Assembly: GCA_012295275.1 (NCBI GenBank)
Contig: CM022673.1
Coordinates: 25,978,001 to 26,042,000, forward strand
Direction of reading: 5' to 3'
Length of the DNA stretch: 64,000 bases
Source: Chrysomallon squamiferum
Taxonomy: Eukaryota > Animalia > Mollusca
The notes below the pieces were generated by a model. That model searched no databases. It was not told where the DNA came from and was given only the letters and a program-made list of their open reading frames with translations. Position 1 is the stretch's first letter. Each line of letters begins with the position of its first letter. This document shows, piece by piece, positions 24,210-39,963 of this stretch. The position numbers were made by a program, and so were the translations under genes.

Positions 24210-27205
24210 TTTCTTTTTTTTTTTTTAAATTTGAGTATTTCAAAGTGCTTTTTGAGTGTGAATTCTGGAAATTTACTACAACTTTGGCATGTGTGATTCA
24301 CCAATTTGCCTCCCTGTTAGAGGTGCACAAATTCAAAATGTTCTGGAATACACGGACAGGAAAGCTGATGGGTGGACATTCAGAGATTATGTTTGATCCT
24401 GGTTATTTTTCTGTCTCATATATCTACCTGTTTTATTACTTCTGTTTTTTTTTTAAATTGTCATTATCATTATTGTTTACTTAACTTCCAGATCCAATGT
24501 ATTCCTTACATTAGTTTCCTTCTTGACTTTGGAGTTAAAAGGAGTTACATTTTTTTTAAATAGTTTTCATTAAGTTTAAAATCTCATCCATTAGAATAAG
24601 AACTGTTCCCCACCTGAAAACAACAGCAACAGCAACATGCCAGCATAAAACAAATTAAAGAAAACAAACAAAAATATAATTCCTAAAGTGTATAACAAAT
24701 TTTTAAATTCGGTTTTGCCAACAAAGCAATATCTAACATACTCTTTTTGAAACACAATTGTTAATTACAACAAATAATTATTGAAGAAAGAATTAAAAAG
24801 AAAAAAGGCTGAGAAAAGGTTACATATACATTTCCTGTTAGCTTTAAAAGTTTTCTGTTACTGAAGTAATGAAAAGCCTAAATGCATTTTATAATCCTTA
24901 GGATAATAATACAAGCAGATTAGTAAATCTGTTACAGTAAAATATCATAATATTACAGTGAATTACTTCGTGGTAAGCAAACATACAGAGCTCAGTAAAT
25001 CACTGGTAAAGTTACTATATATCTCTAAGAAATGCAAACACACATTTTATTAATTATGATTTTATTGTCATATTTTATTAGAGTATAGTTTAAATATAAT
25101 TTAAAAAAAAATGTTTTTTGTTAAATGTAGGCAACCTTCCAAACAAGCCAGAGACAAGACAAAAAGAAATACCAAATTAAAAACACACTCTGCTATTTGT
25201 GAAGATATCCATGTTCACAAATTAGTAAGGAATTAATACAGTTTAAAAAAAAATAATAAATAAAAAAATACAGAAGTTAACAGATTAAGTCATGTTTTTT
25301 AACTTAAATTAACAGGAAATGTATATATAATTATGTAAAAATAACATTTTCTCAGATTTAATGGAACTGAAATGATAGCTAATACATTACATAATGTAAG
25401 TCAAGCCTAGTAAAATGTTATACCAATGGTCAGTATTGGTACTTACAAGTGTAGTAACTCCAGTTTTTAACTAAATATTTTATATTTCCATTCCACAACA
25501 GAACTTATTGTTTTCTCCTTTGTGACTTGCATTAGTTGAATTTTCTGCATTTAAACTTAGATTTTCAGTGACTGTGTTTGTAATATATGCATTTCCATGT
25601 GAAAAATGTCAAATGTTGCTTATGTGGTACACCTGTTCCTTTTAATTAGTAGTAAGATCGTGTAAACAGCAAACTTTTGTTTTTGATCCACACTTAATGA
25701 TTTTAGACTTTTATTTTTTTTTTTTTAATCTGCAAAGAACGTAAGCAACATGTACATTTTGAAGTCAAAAGTGAAATGAATGATTCAGGTGAGACAGAAT
25801 GCATTGTTCTATTTGTTTACAGGTTGTAACCTATTATTGCTTGTACACACATTATTCACATCATTTAATGCCACTTTTGTCAAAACCAAAAAAAAAAAAA
25901 ACAACAACAATGTTCTCATTAATTTCTTGTTTTATTTTATTTTTTAACATTTTTTATTTGCATCTTCGTTTGCATGTTACTCACTCATTTTATTTATTGT
26001 TCATTTTGTATATAGGGTAATTCCCAGTAGTTTTATAAAACTATTTTAGACTGAAGTAAATTGGTCACACGAATTTCATTTAAGGATTTTTACACAACTT
26101 CTTATCTAAATGACTGATTTGAAAAAAACAGTTTTCATGTGAATCTCAAAGATTATGTATACACTTTCTAATATAAATCTCACTACTTTGTCCTTATAGA
26201 AGAACCTTATAAACACGTTACTTATGTATAGTAAAGTTAAAATAAATTTTATTATAGATTTAAATAGTCTAATTTTTAAAATCATGTCATCTGCATCTTA
26301 AGGCAGGTTGTATTTTTTAACAATATAGTCATTCTAATTACTTTTAAATTTAGTAACATTTTAAAACTTCTGAATTCAAACCTGTAGTAGTGTGTGTGTG
26401 AGAGAGAGAGAGAGAGAGAAATATTTGCAACTAACCATGAACCTACTTCATCTTCAGTATCTAAACTTGAAGTTAGTTTATTAATTTATTTTTATTTATT
26501 TATTTATTTAATTATGTTTTTTAATTAAAAAAAAAAAAAAAAACATTGAGAATTTAACTATAATTATTGTTTGTAATACATAGTATTATCAGTATTCAAA
26601 TTCTTTTTTTATTACAGTTTTCCTGTTCCTGTTTTTTTTTTTAAATATACTATTACTTTTTTTTTTTTTTTTTTTTTTTCCTTTGAACCTTACAGCATTG
26701 ATTTGATTTTTCTCAATAGTTTAGAAAAAAAGAAAAAGAAATCAGCATTTTTTTATGGCATAATAAAAGAATAAAGATTATCCATTTCATATTTTTAATG
26801 GCAATTTTAGAAGGAAATTTTAATATCTTTTTACATCACATTTTTACCATAGAACATTAGCTCAGTGAGTGTTGTGTACAAAAGATTAAAAAAAAAAAAG
26901 TCATCACTTGCAGATCATACATTTTAGATTGTTGGTATTTTGCCTCTACCTTAAGATAATAAGGTTATATTCTATGCATAATAAGTGTTCTTCTAAAACT
27001 TGCAAACTTGCAAGTTGGATGCTAGAGTCTTTTGTCTTTTTTCCTTTTTTCATTGTTATACTTTTAGTCTTATACATGGACTATTAATCGATACATTTAT
27101 ATAAACACATGCCGGTACTTAGTACTTACGTTTAACAAGTAATTTATGACTATTTTTATTTAATTTGTTTGTTTTAACTTTGTGAACTGTCTCATTTGTT
27201 ACTAA

Positions 27206-27256
<51 letters not shown>

Positions 27257-28116
27257 TGTGATATCTTGGTTCAAGTTTGTTTTTAAATCTCAGTTTAAGA
27301 ATCTCAGTGATTTTAAACTTTGAATTATTTTTTGAATAGATCAGGAAAAATCCATAGTGAGATTATTTTAAGAAATACTCTACATTACTAACAATTTTTT
27401 GTCTTTTAATGGAATGATAAATTTGAATAATACATGGGGATTGAAAAAAATATTACATGAGTTTAACTGTTTATATATGTTTTAGATTACATTTTTGTTT
27501 TGTTTTAGTTCTTTATAAATGGTTTTATAACACTTTAAGAAACTATACACTAATGTTATCCAAATTGCACCACCACCCCCGATACATGAAGTATAAAACA
27601 AACATGCTGATACTTGCCACACTGTGTTCTTAGTTAAACATTTTGTTTTATTTTATTAACGAACATAAAATCTGATAATTTGTTTATTATGAATTTTAAA
27701 GCAAATTTATACCCATTTTAAAGCAAAAGCACTATGATTTAAGATTTTGTTTCAAAATATTTCAAAATAAAAATGATTTTTGTTTTTTATTATTATTATT
27801 ATTTAATTTATAATTTCTTTTTTTCTTTCTTTATTTATTTCTTTATTTCTTTATTTATTTACTTTTTTTTTCTTCTTTTTTATCTTTTTTCTTTTCTTTT
27901 AGAAAATTTAAAGTAAATTAAAGAATGATCTGAAAGCTGCTCTGAACATATCAGGTTTATTTATTTAATTTTCTGCCAAAAGCTTCACATACTTAATATC
28001 TGGTAAAGAAAACACTTGTTAATGTGTTGCATTCAAAAGTAGTTCTGGGAAACTGATTTTGAACAGATAAATATAGAGAGTTATTGAAACATTTCATAGC
28101 TGGGACTAGCAAATTG

Positions 28117-28253
28117 AAATATATCATTCAAAGTATGTTAACGTAAATATTTTGTCAAAAAACTGAATTCTAAACATTGGCAGTTCAAAATATATCATTC
28201 AAAGTATGTTAACTTAAATATTTCGTCTAAAAAGTGAATTCTAAACATTGGCA
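28117..28253 (+). repeat. Two-copy ~71-bp tandem duplication
   Basis: AAATATATCATTCAAAGTATGTTAAC...TGAATTCTAAACATTGGCA is repeated. Confidence 0.85.
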
Positions 28254-31200
28254 TATGACTGTTCTTTGTTACATTTTATTATCAACCATGCATGACACTT
28301 GAAGGCTTGTTTACTTTATGAAAATGTACAGTTAGCATGCAGATCAATAAAATTTTATATATATTTACTTATTGCAGTCATTTGCTTGTACGTTAACAAT
28401 TCCGTAGGGTATCTTGCAACTTTATACCATAGTAACTGAATAAATTTCTTATTTTTATTCTAACAGACAATCGCCACAGGAGAATGAGTATTATTTATTG
28501 ATCAGAGGTTGTCAAAGAGAATAGGAAATTTTCAGGCAATTCTTAAAATAGCACAAATAAACAGTGTGGTCAGTTTGTATCAGAAGAATATGCACTGGGT
28601 AAGGGGGTGTTCATATTTTTACACTGGTGTTATTTTTTTAATTAATTTTTTTTACATACAAACATATATATATATATATATATATATATGGTGGTTATCT
28701 GTTGTATTTATACTAAACTTTTCAACAACTTAAGTGTGAAGAGAGATTAATCTACTGAATAAGAAATGAGATACCAGACAAGTTGTGGAGTATCTGTTTT
28801 ATACAGTGTTAGTTCACATTCAAATTCTCGAGTATCTCTATTACACTGACTTTTTGTTATGATGAGTACCCATTTTAAATATTTTTATTTCATGTACAAA
28901 TTCTGAAGCATCTCTTTTATTGAGTATTTTTTTTTATTATTATTATTTATTGAGACATTAGAGAATTCATTTTACTCAATTTTACTTCACACTCAATTTC
29001 TAAATTCTTTCATTCAGTCTTGATACATGCATACCTTCTGTAGAGTATCAGTTTTAAACAATTTTATTACGTTACATATAAAATACAGAGCATACCCATG
29101 CATTTTATGTAGATCTCTAGACAACCATAACAAAATAGGCTACAGGTTTTGTATGCATGTCATCAAGGGTTTTTTTAAGATGTAATACCCTGAACTGAGA
29201 GTGAGTGGTAATTTGTTAAAAAGATTTTGTTGTAATTTATTATTGATATAAAGTGACTGTTGCACTTCATCCTGCATGCTAAATGTGTACATGTATTAAT
29301 GGAACGATAGGGTTTACATCAGTATGTATTGCCTATCACTCTTTTTAAGTCTTTCAAAACAGCTTATTTATGCATTTTAAAAGCTGTTTAAGCAACTGAT
29401 AATATTTGTCTAAGTTATTGATTGTATATGTGTATATATATATATATATACATACATAATATATATATATATATATATATATATTGTTTTTGTTGTCTTT
29501 TTCTTCCACTTTGTTACAATATACTTGTGTATTACAGGGATGTATGTACGTGTATGTTACTTTTTATAAAACTTTCACAAAACTTTTATTATTGATACCT
29601 GTTGAAATCTTAATTAAGAATGTAGAACAAAAGAAAATCAAAGAGTGGAGATAGGATTGTACAGGAAAATAGTTTTTTTTTTCACAAGTCCTCTTTCATT
29701 TCATGCAGTTCATTTCATTTTTATAATTTTTTAATAGTCAATTCAGCATTAGTTTTACCTGTTTATATGTTTTAACAATCTTTTTTCTATTACTTAACAG
29801 CATGCATAGAAAGGTGTTGTTTAGAAACAGTGTGCATTAAAATAAAAAAACATTTATCACCTGACACATTCATGGTTATCAAAGACATTGTGTTTTTAAT
29901 GTGTGGTTTTTCATTTTCTTTTTTTTTTCTTGTTAAAAGTTGATAAAATAAAACTGGTGAAAATTGCAAGATAAATCAGATTAAGAATATAAGATTTAAA
30001 AAAAAAAATTAGTTAAAATAAATAAATAAATGATCATAACAATAATGTTTCATGAAAAATGAGAGATAGTGAATTTGTTATTTTCATAATTAAAGGTAAA
30101 AGAACAATCATGTTTATCAATTTGATTAGATGATTTGTAATTTGGAAAGTTACTGATTGTTGACAAATTAACAGTCATGCATAATTATTAAATTATTTGG
30201 CTTATTTATTATGAATTTTCTTTTTTTTTTCTCTTTTTTTTGTATCCTTTTATTATAAAATGATTAATATTCTTTTCAGTCTAGTTCTTTAATTGATAGA
30301 AATAACATCATACCAACTGGAAACATTTTTACATGTTTTACCAGCATTTTCTTCTACAGTAAAAAAACTTTTTTTTTTCTAAAATTAGATTAGTAAAAGG
30401 TGTTTGTAATGCATGTTTCAGGGGGGTCTGGTTTTTGTTTTTGTTTTGTTGGTGATGTTTTGTTCTTTTTCTAAATCTTTTTGAGTTATTATTTGTGACA
30501 TAAAGTAATCCTCTTTGCCATTTTAGAAAAATACATTTATGTTTTTTTTCTTTTCTTTTCTTTTCCTTTCTTTTTTTTTATTATTTTTATTTATTTTTTG
30601 GATAGTTAAAAAACAAACAAAATAAAACATCCCTTGTTATAAACATGACACAACTTGAAACAGTAATGATCATACATTTTTAAATTTTCTGATAATTTAT
30701 CATTTATTCTTAAAAAACTGCAACTTAAAAACATTCTTCTAATATTTGGCTGATGGTATAAAATTAAAAAAAAATTAAAAATCCCACAAAACAACATAAT
30801 AGCTTGTATTATTTGTAGATTTCTTTCTTCTTTATGTTTATTTTATTTTATACTTTAATTTCTTTTTTAATAAAGCAGTACTACTTTTAATATTTTTACT
30901 TTATACCTATTCTTCGTAAATAAAGACGTTTTGGATGGATTATAGTAAAATACTTTTAAAAACCAAACAACTTAAATATTCAGGTTTATAAGCTGTGCGG
31001 CACACATGAGTAAGTTCATTCATTAGAAATAAAATAGCATTCATTCAGTAACTGAATAATGGTCTTTTCATGTCTCATTAGTATACTTTGAATTAATATA
31101 ATAGAATACAATGGTATCAGCTTCTGTAAAATGATCTGTGAACTTAACATATGGCTGATATGGACTGATATTTGAATTCTCTGTTCATTACAGAAAGAAT

Positions 31201-31255
31201 ATGTATTTGTTTTGTTCTGTAATTTTAGCTAATATTTTTCAAACTATTTAATCTG

Positions 31256-31294
<39 letters not shown>

Positions 31295-32359
31295 TTGAGG
31301 TTTTTTTTTTTTTTATTATATTTATTTATTTATTTTTAAATGATCTATTTTTATTAATTATTTTTATTTTTTGACAAATACTGTGATACGTAGGCCTACC
31401 TTAAAAGGATTAAAATGTTTTGAAGCTGTAGGAGGATTCAGGAATTACTGTTCATACAAAAATTACCTTTTAAACGTTATTAATGTCGCTAACTTTTAAA
31501 GTTGTTTAACAAGACTCGTTTTAGTTTAAAATTTACACTGATAATTTAGTTACAGATAATTCACGTTGACTGTTGTGCTGGCATACATTAATGTTATGGG
31601 TACCAGATTTTAAGCAAGGGTATGTCATGAAGAGATGTCATGTTTTATATCTGTTGGATAATTTGAATAGGGCAGTTCGTGGATATTATGTAAACACTCA
31701 GGAGATTATTATTTTTATTTATTTATTTATTTATTTTTTTAACCTTTTAACATTATTATTATCATTATTTTTCTTTTCTTTTGAAATAATGTTTCATTTT
31801 TTAATTGATCTTTGTATCTATATATTTATTATTTTACTAACTCAGTTCTCATTAATACTGTGGTGTTTAAGTGAGTGTGTTTAGGCTGTTGATAATTTAT
31901 TTATTTCATTTTTGTTACATACATATGGGAGTGGGAAATTAACTGTTCTAAATACTCATACAAAATAATGGCATTAAAAACTAGAATTTTAGCACTGAAT
32001 TTTTTTTTCATTTTTCATTTTTTTTGTATTTCTTTTCAGTTCCTCTACTACATTTTTCTTAATTAGAAGGGGTTTTATTTTATTTATTTATTTTTTGAAA
32101 CCCAAACTAAATCTTATATTTATATATATATACCACACATATGTATGGATTACTGTTTTTGTAAAAGAAACTGACATATAGATATAAAAAAAACACTACA
32201 CTGTTAGTCTTATTTTCAATATGTACACCATTATGCTTTCATAATTTTCCATTACCACCTTCAATGTTGTGTCTGTTAAATTATATTGAATTATTATTAT
32301 TATTATTATTGTTGTTACTATTACTACCACTAGTACTAATACAATGTCTACTACATCTA

Positions 32360-32399
<40 letters not shown>

Positions 32400-32517
32400 T
32401 GTTGTTGTTGATCTTTTGTTGTTTTTTGTTGTTACTGCTTTTGTGTTAATAAATTATTACTATCTTTGCAAGTGCCACTGAAGTTTATAGACTGTAAATA
32501 GAAGACTGAATTTTATT

Positions 32518-32554
<37 letters not shown>

Positions 32555-33074
32555 TCTGTGAAGTTCTGGGGAATGTCTTTCGTCTCATATTTAATTATAC
32601 CAGTTTTATTTTATTTTTTACTTTTTAGAACTACTGTGTGAAGTAATTGTTGATAGTTTTATTTTTGCTCTTTTTACACTGATCTTTAAATTATTCTGTA
32701 ATTTTTACTCCAGTAGAGCTTTAGCTTTTTTTATAGATATTTTGCTTTGTATTTTTACGACATCACTTCTGATTTTAAATACTATGTATGTCATGTCCTG
32801 TTTTTTGTAGTCCAAATACAAATGACACACTTACCTCATATATGAAAGCCTAGGAAATCCTATTAGACATTTTATTGGAGGATTGAAAGTCTTTTTACCT
32901 TTTTAATTTTACTTCTTTTATTCTCCCCACCAACAGAAGATGTTTTGTGATTCAATATAAATAAATCCAGTGCCGGGATTGAGTCGATACAGTTGTTTGT
33001 TTTGTTTTCTTGTCTTTCAGTAACATAGATGTTTTTCAGTGGAGTTTCATAATACACTCATTTTTTGTGTGTGT

Positions 33075-33146
<72 letters not shown>

Positions 33147-34126
33147 AAATGAAAGAGGTATCTGTGTCTTTGTCAGAGTAATGTGCATAACATGGACACA
33201 TGCAAAAGAAGAATTCTGAAATAACATAGTGATATTTAAAATTAAAAATAAAAAGTATACAAAAGAAGGCACCATTAATGATTACATGGCACAATCCTCC
33301 CTATTTCAGTGAGAAACAACAAAACCATAAGGACCTTTCTGTTTCATTTCATAAATTGATACCTTTCTTATAACGTCATTAAAATATATAAATAAATTTA
33401 ATTATACACTGAAAAATCAATCATATTTTAGTAGTTTAAGCTATTAGTAAATAATGATTTTGAAAACGGAAAACACAGCCGTCATCTGTCTATTACGAAC
33501 ATTTATCAACACCCCATCATTAGTAATTTTCTAAACTTTTTCTCTTGGACATTAACAATAAACGATTCCTTTAATTTGCAAAATAATAAGCTTTGCCTGA
33601 ACTCTGTATTCATCTACATCTCATTATTTTAATAATAAAAGACCAGGCCCCGTTAACAGACTTGAACGAGACATCTGTGTAATTCATGTTGTGACCAGAA
33701 GCGTCAGTGACATCACGGAATGGAATCTCCAGTGATCTGAATGGAAAATTGTTAGGTAATTAATTTTTCAAGTACAACGGTAGCACTAATTTTTCCGTAC
33801 AGGGCCTACACGGAGCGCGAGAGTGTTAGTCTCGATCATCGATGTTGGTATTGTAGACTTGGGAAATGCATTTTATTCACAGGAAGGAGACAGCGTCGTG
33901 TCTGAGTAAAGTCTATTATACAAAGGCGTGAAAAGTCCAGCTCTTTTGCCTCCTTCGCGCGATGACGGCATTCCAGAATCGATAAATTACAGCAGATACA
34001 AAACAGATCAGATGGGTTAACCAAACCGTATTTATAGCCTGTGTGTACATAGCCTGAGAAAAAACGTCTTGTTACAATACAATACAACGCCAGCCAAAGG
34101 ACGATTTTACAATTCAGTTCATGTTG

Positions 34127-34178
<52 letters not shown>

Positions 34179-36153
34179 AATTCAAAATTTTTTTTTTTTT
34201 TTTTTTTTCCACTTCTAACAGCTTTTTTTTTTTTTTTTTTTTTTTTTTCCAGTTTTCTTACAAATGACTGTCTCCTATCCGCATAATGCTTCTGGGATTT
34301 TTTTTTTTTTTCAGTATATCATGATCGAATGCTCGTTTTAATAATAAATAAAACATTTCAGACAAATTTCTTATATGATGGTCATAAGTATAAGAGAGAA
34401 TATTCTGACGCCACTCCAGTAAATACTTCTTTCCATAAACCATGAAAACACAACATTCCATAGCCTTTTATAACCATTTGTCACGCAATTTTTGGTATGG
34501 CACATATAATAAAAGGATTTCTTAAGGACTGATCTTGAAATCCCTTTGCACATCATATCAACGCAAACTGCCGAACTACGTAATCTCAAAGAGTAAAACA
34601 TAAAATTATAATGTGATTGTAGTTTGTTTCATTCGATTGGTTCCGAAATACAAAAAGATTTTAAACCAAAGGACGACAGAAAAGGCAATATTTTATGGCG
34701 TAAATTATATTTCGTGATCAGCTAGACAGTATCGTAATAAATAAATAAATAAATAAATAAATAAACAAATAATCTTTCACAGAAGAATTTTAGAAAAGGT
34801 TAAACTCTTATCATTATGCTTGAAATAACCATTATACTTATACACACGCACTCAAAACAAATAACCAAATGGAAACATCATCATTATTATTATTTTTTAT
34901 TTTTTTGCTAATCACACTTCACATGCACACACACATATTTTAGTTTATTGAAGACTGAAAATGGTTCCATTCACTTACAACATCATACAAAAACAACTAA
35001 CAACAGTAATAATAATAATAAAAAAATAATAATCAACAACAACAACAACAACAACAACAACTGTTAAATAAATAAATAAAATGTTTCTACACCGAAATGC
35101 AAAAGACGTCTTGGCTGTAATATATGTGAGAACCGAGTTGTGAAGATGGCAAGATATAATCTTGATTTGCTAAGAAAGCTGCGACATTGCACGACATAAG
35201 ACGTTTGCTATCATTGGTGGAATATCGATTTGATGCGTTGTCAGTGTCTTCGATTTTAAAAGTCTCGTTAAACATGACTGTCTTTAGCTGACAAGCCCAT
35301 CAGGAACGCCAAGAAAGGTCAGGGAATCTTCTATTTCAATAATAATGTTATTTTTTTTATTTTTATTTTTATTTTTTTTTTAATATTGTATCTAATTTAC
35401 GGGGTGGATAAAGGATTTAATAAAATGGAGAAGTTTCATTTCAGAGGACACGATTTGCAAAGTGAAATGAGATGACTTATAACAAAAAAAAAAAAAAAAA
35501 ACAAACAATGCTGAACTAAAACTGAAAGAAAAAAAAAAAGAATGAAAGTAAAAGAAAAATAGATAAATAAATAAATTTAAAAAAATCAGCTTAATCTACC
35601 AAGATCCGTTTATAATTTATCAATTAGTGTTCAGGACGGATTATTTATTTATTTATTTATTTATTTACTTCCTTATTTATTATTTTACATTTTGTACAGT
35701 AAATAGTAAGTTTGATGTGTACAGGTGTTTCAAATTCTAACTACAATCTGAAAATAAAATTTCAATTTAACTGTTTACATATTCATTATGGTAAAGTTTG
35801 GTTCTCGTTATCTGACTTTGCGTGTGCAACAAATTACATTCACAGATTATCAAAAGGAAAGAAAATATTTCTAATTTTCTTTTTCTTTCTTTTTTTTTTT
35901 TTTTTTTTTTTTGTTTTGTTGTTGTTGTGGGGTTTTGAGTTTTTTTTTTTTTTTTTTTTTTTTGACAATTTCAATGTAATAAGCCTTGCCGACAGATATT
36001 TAATTAAATTTCTAGCGATGCACACATTAATAAAATCCTCTTTGGAAATATAAGATTAAATATTAAAATACATAAAACATTATTGGTTTGAGATATTTTA
36101 ATTAGCCCGTTTGAAAACATTATGCTTTCAGTTGTCACCAAGGAAACAAAAAT

Positions 36154-36198
<45 letters not shown>

Positions 36199-36843
36199 TA
36201 AATGAAGAAGAAAACGAGAAAAAGAAAACGAAGTGGTCATCATCATCATCATCATAACAACAACAACAACAATAAAACCAAGAAGACCTGGACTATCTTA
36301 CAGATGATTTTCGCACATGACTCTGACTCCAAAGGTTTTTTTTAATGAGTAACCAATGCACGTAATGAATAAGTATTTTATGCAGTCTCATTTCGCAATT
36401 ACATCAACACTTAAAACACAAACACTAACAGTAACGTCTTATAATTCTTTAACTTGGCGAGAATTTGTATCAGTGACATGGATCCTACTTGCAACAGAAG
36501 ATTTTAAAGAACCATTTGTATCAACGCGATGAAAATATCAAATGTCTTGTTCACGTAAAACATTTTAAAACTGGTGCTATTTTATCGATCATTTCGAGGC
36601 TTCGTAAAGAGCGTGTCTTCTTTTCCTACAAGAGGCTTATTTTTGTGTGTGACTGTGAAAATGGACAAGATTAACTAAGAAAGCCGCCGAAGTAATTTAA
36701 CTAAAAACTGCTGATAAAAATAAACAAGTAAATAAGAATTATAGATATGCAAACACAAGCAAATAATTATACATGTGTGTCTGCATGTGTGTGAGCGCGT
36801 GCGTGTGTATGTGTGTCCGTATATATATATATAATCACACACA

Positions 36844-36935
<92 letters not shown>

Positions 36936-37168
36936 CACGAAAACACCTCTAATTCGTGTTCATATTACAAGATCGGTTTCAGTACAGTAACGTTAGTAGA
37001 GTTATTTTTATCCTCCAAGGTATTCGACTGGTATTTGCTTGTGAGGAGGTAATTAGAATTAGACAAATTCTCCAATCGACTTGAAAGCTTTTAGTTTCCA
37101 TGCTCTTTTTTTCTTCTACATTTCTCTATTATTCTTCTTCTTATTATTTTTATTCTTTCTTTTTTTAT

Positions 37169-37206
<38 letters not shown>

Positions 37207-37946
37207 ATTACTCCAAAGTCACAATTTATGTGGGAAAAATGAAGATAAGATTTGAATGTAGCTTATAAGCGGGACTGAACGTTTTACCAGAAGTGACCTT
37301 ATTCCGAGGCGTCGATTCGTGCGCCACAATTACGTGCTTTCATTGATACAACGCCAATCACATTAAATCGAGTCGATAAACATCGGCGTGCAATACGAAA
37401 ATCGATAACATCAGCATGCCGTAAGAAAATCGATAGCAGGCGATTTCCGCGATGATGGGGAATTGTCGGCCTATTCTACAAATTCAGACATAAGTGAAGT
37501 CATTAACGAAAAACATACACCGCTGGTTATCAGCTTTCAGAATGGTTGCAAAATAATAGGTTGTACATTGTAATAAACTCCAAAAACAAATATCTTAGCT
37601 GGAGTCGTTAGAGTGCGAGTTTTGTTTTGTTATAGGCCAATTTATTACGTATATTTACTTGGCAAAATGTTTTGGCTTCATTTTATTTTGTTATTTATTA
37701 AACTCCCCTCCCCTTCCCTTTCTGTTTACCTTTTATTTTATTTTATTTTATTTTATTTTATTTTATTTATAAATATATGGTTTTTTTTTGTTGTTGTTGT
37801 TTTTTCATTATTTCTTATCATTTTATTTTTAAAATACTTTTTATGGTTTCTGCGGAAGGAAATGATCAGGAGACAAATTTAGGAAAGGATTCCAGGAGTT
37901 TATAATGACAGTAATGATAATAAAATAAAACAAAACAAAACAACAA

Positions 37947-37986
<40 letters not shown>

Positions 37987-39930
37987 AAAAGAAAACAAAA
38001 TAAAACAAAATAAAAATTCATAGTGAAGAATGTTGATTTCTCACGAGAATAATGCCTCATCATCCTAATTAGGGTTCTTGTTTTCACACATCACAAATCA
38101 ATAAACTGTTTTTAATTTCAAATAAATAAATAAATAAATAAATGGTATTACATTGTCTAAAATAAGAGGAGACATTTGATGACGATTTAAATTCGTCCAT
38201 GATTATATTTGTATGTATGTATGTACATATATGTATGTTTATACATAAATTAATGTTATTATGCTGACATAAAATAAAAATCGTTATTTCATCACCTAAA
38301 CTAAATTCTACTTGGACAGTGAGCTACTTAATTCCAAAATGGAAATCATCAAAATGGAAATACTAAAGAAAATATATTAATAACATCTATCAAAGCTGTA
38401 TCAGTTAATTCCTACTGACAGAGCCTATTAGACGGCTAAAAGATGATTAAGACTTGTAAGTGCAGACAAGAACGATCAGGAATATTTTACAGTAATTTTA
38501 TTCAACTGTCACATACAGGAATCTCCTGCAATGATTTCTCCCAAGTGTCATCAAACAAGCGAACCGGAAACACGTCAAATCAATACAATTCAAGATCGAC
38601 AACCTTTTAAAAACCTGACACAGAGAAGATCTAACCCGACTTACGAGAACTTGAACTTTTACACAAAATAGGTTTATTAGTATCAGTAAATTTGCTGTCA
38701 TAGAACATCCTAGTGACTGGAAGTCTGTGTTCATCAGCATTACGCTTTAATGATATCATTTCCGTTAGTGTGTGTGTGTGTGTGTGTGTGTGTGGGGTAT
38801 ATATACACTTATCGCACGTTAGTATGTATGTATATATATAAAATATATGTATCTATGAGTGCGTGCGTTGTTGTGTGTATATATATATATGCATATATAC
38901 ACACACACATACATACGAATATGTATATATATGTATATGTTTTAAAAAATCGGTTACATTGAATTAATTTAATCAAATTATTAAATTCATCACCTTGCTA
39001 TGTTTTAATAAAACAAAATTAATTATGAAATTAAATCATATTTTTTATACTTCTGTTTTCTTTCTCTCTTTCTATTTTTCCCTCTTTTTTTTCTTCTTAA
39101 TTAATTTGAGCGTAAAATCGATAGGTTATTAATTTGTGTTTTATTTATTTATTTATTTACAAAATTTTATTTTGGAAAAATGCAAAATTATTTCTTACTC
39201 ATTCATACTCAGAAATTATGAGATGAATATATCAGGAATGCATTATACATTCACACATACGAATTTTAAAGCGATACATGTCGCCTTTATTGATTTTGTC
39301 TTTGTAGTGAAATCTGTTTTATTATAAAATGTAAACTGCACACATTTCTCTCATTAGTCTGGCTGTATTTATAAAGCAGCTAAAGACATATGCTAACAAA
39401 TCAGACACACAGAAGTTTAAATACACTGTTTTCTAATGCACGCATTTGCTGTTATATTGTTAACGTAATTCTCTCGATGGTAAATCTTTCACACGTTGGT
39501 ATCAGAAATCGTCTGAGGGATTTTATGAACAATCAGCAGCGAAAATAAAGATTATTTCTACATATATATGTAGAAAAAAGTTTTGTTTATATATATACTT
39601 TAAATTAATAATCGTTTCGCAGAAGTAAACACGACCATATAAACTTTTCGTACTGCTTATTCATTTGTTGTTATTTCTCAGTAGTAGTAATTAATTCAAA
39701 TTATACATAATACTTTGTTTGCACGCTTTTCGGGTTTATCTCTATATTTGCTGCTGTGCTGCACTGGAATGTAGCAAATTATTATTAATGGATATTTGTC
39801 TGTTCGTTCACAATAAATGTCATTAATTTACACAGTGAAAGACTTTTTTTATTTAGCGATCTGTTTACCGAACATGCATACAAACAATATCTGAATGTTA
39901 TGGATGTATTGAAATTTCTATAATATGGCA

Positions 39931-39963
<33 letters not shown>

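Noticed and set aside
33836-35330. ORFs 33836-34087 and 35087-35275 as an alternative calcitonin peptide exon or a separate gene
   Set aside because: No KR-x-C...C...PG-KR pattern, no convincing splice boundaries and no recognisable domain.
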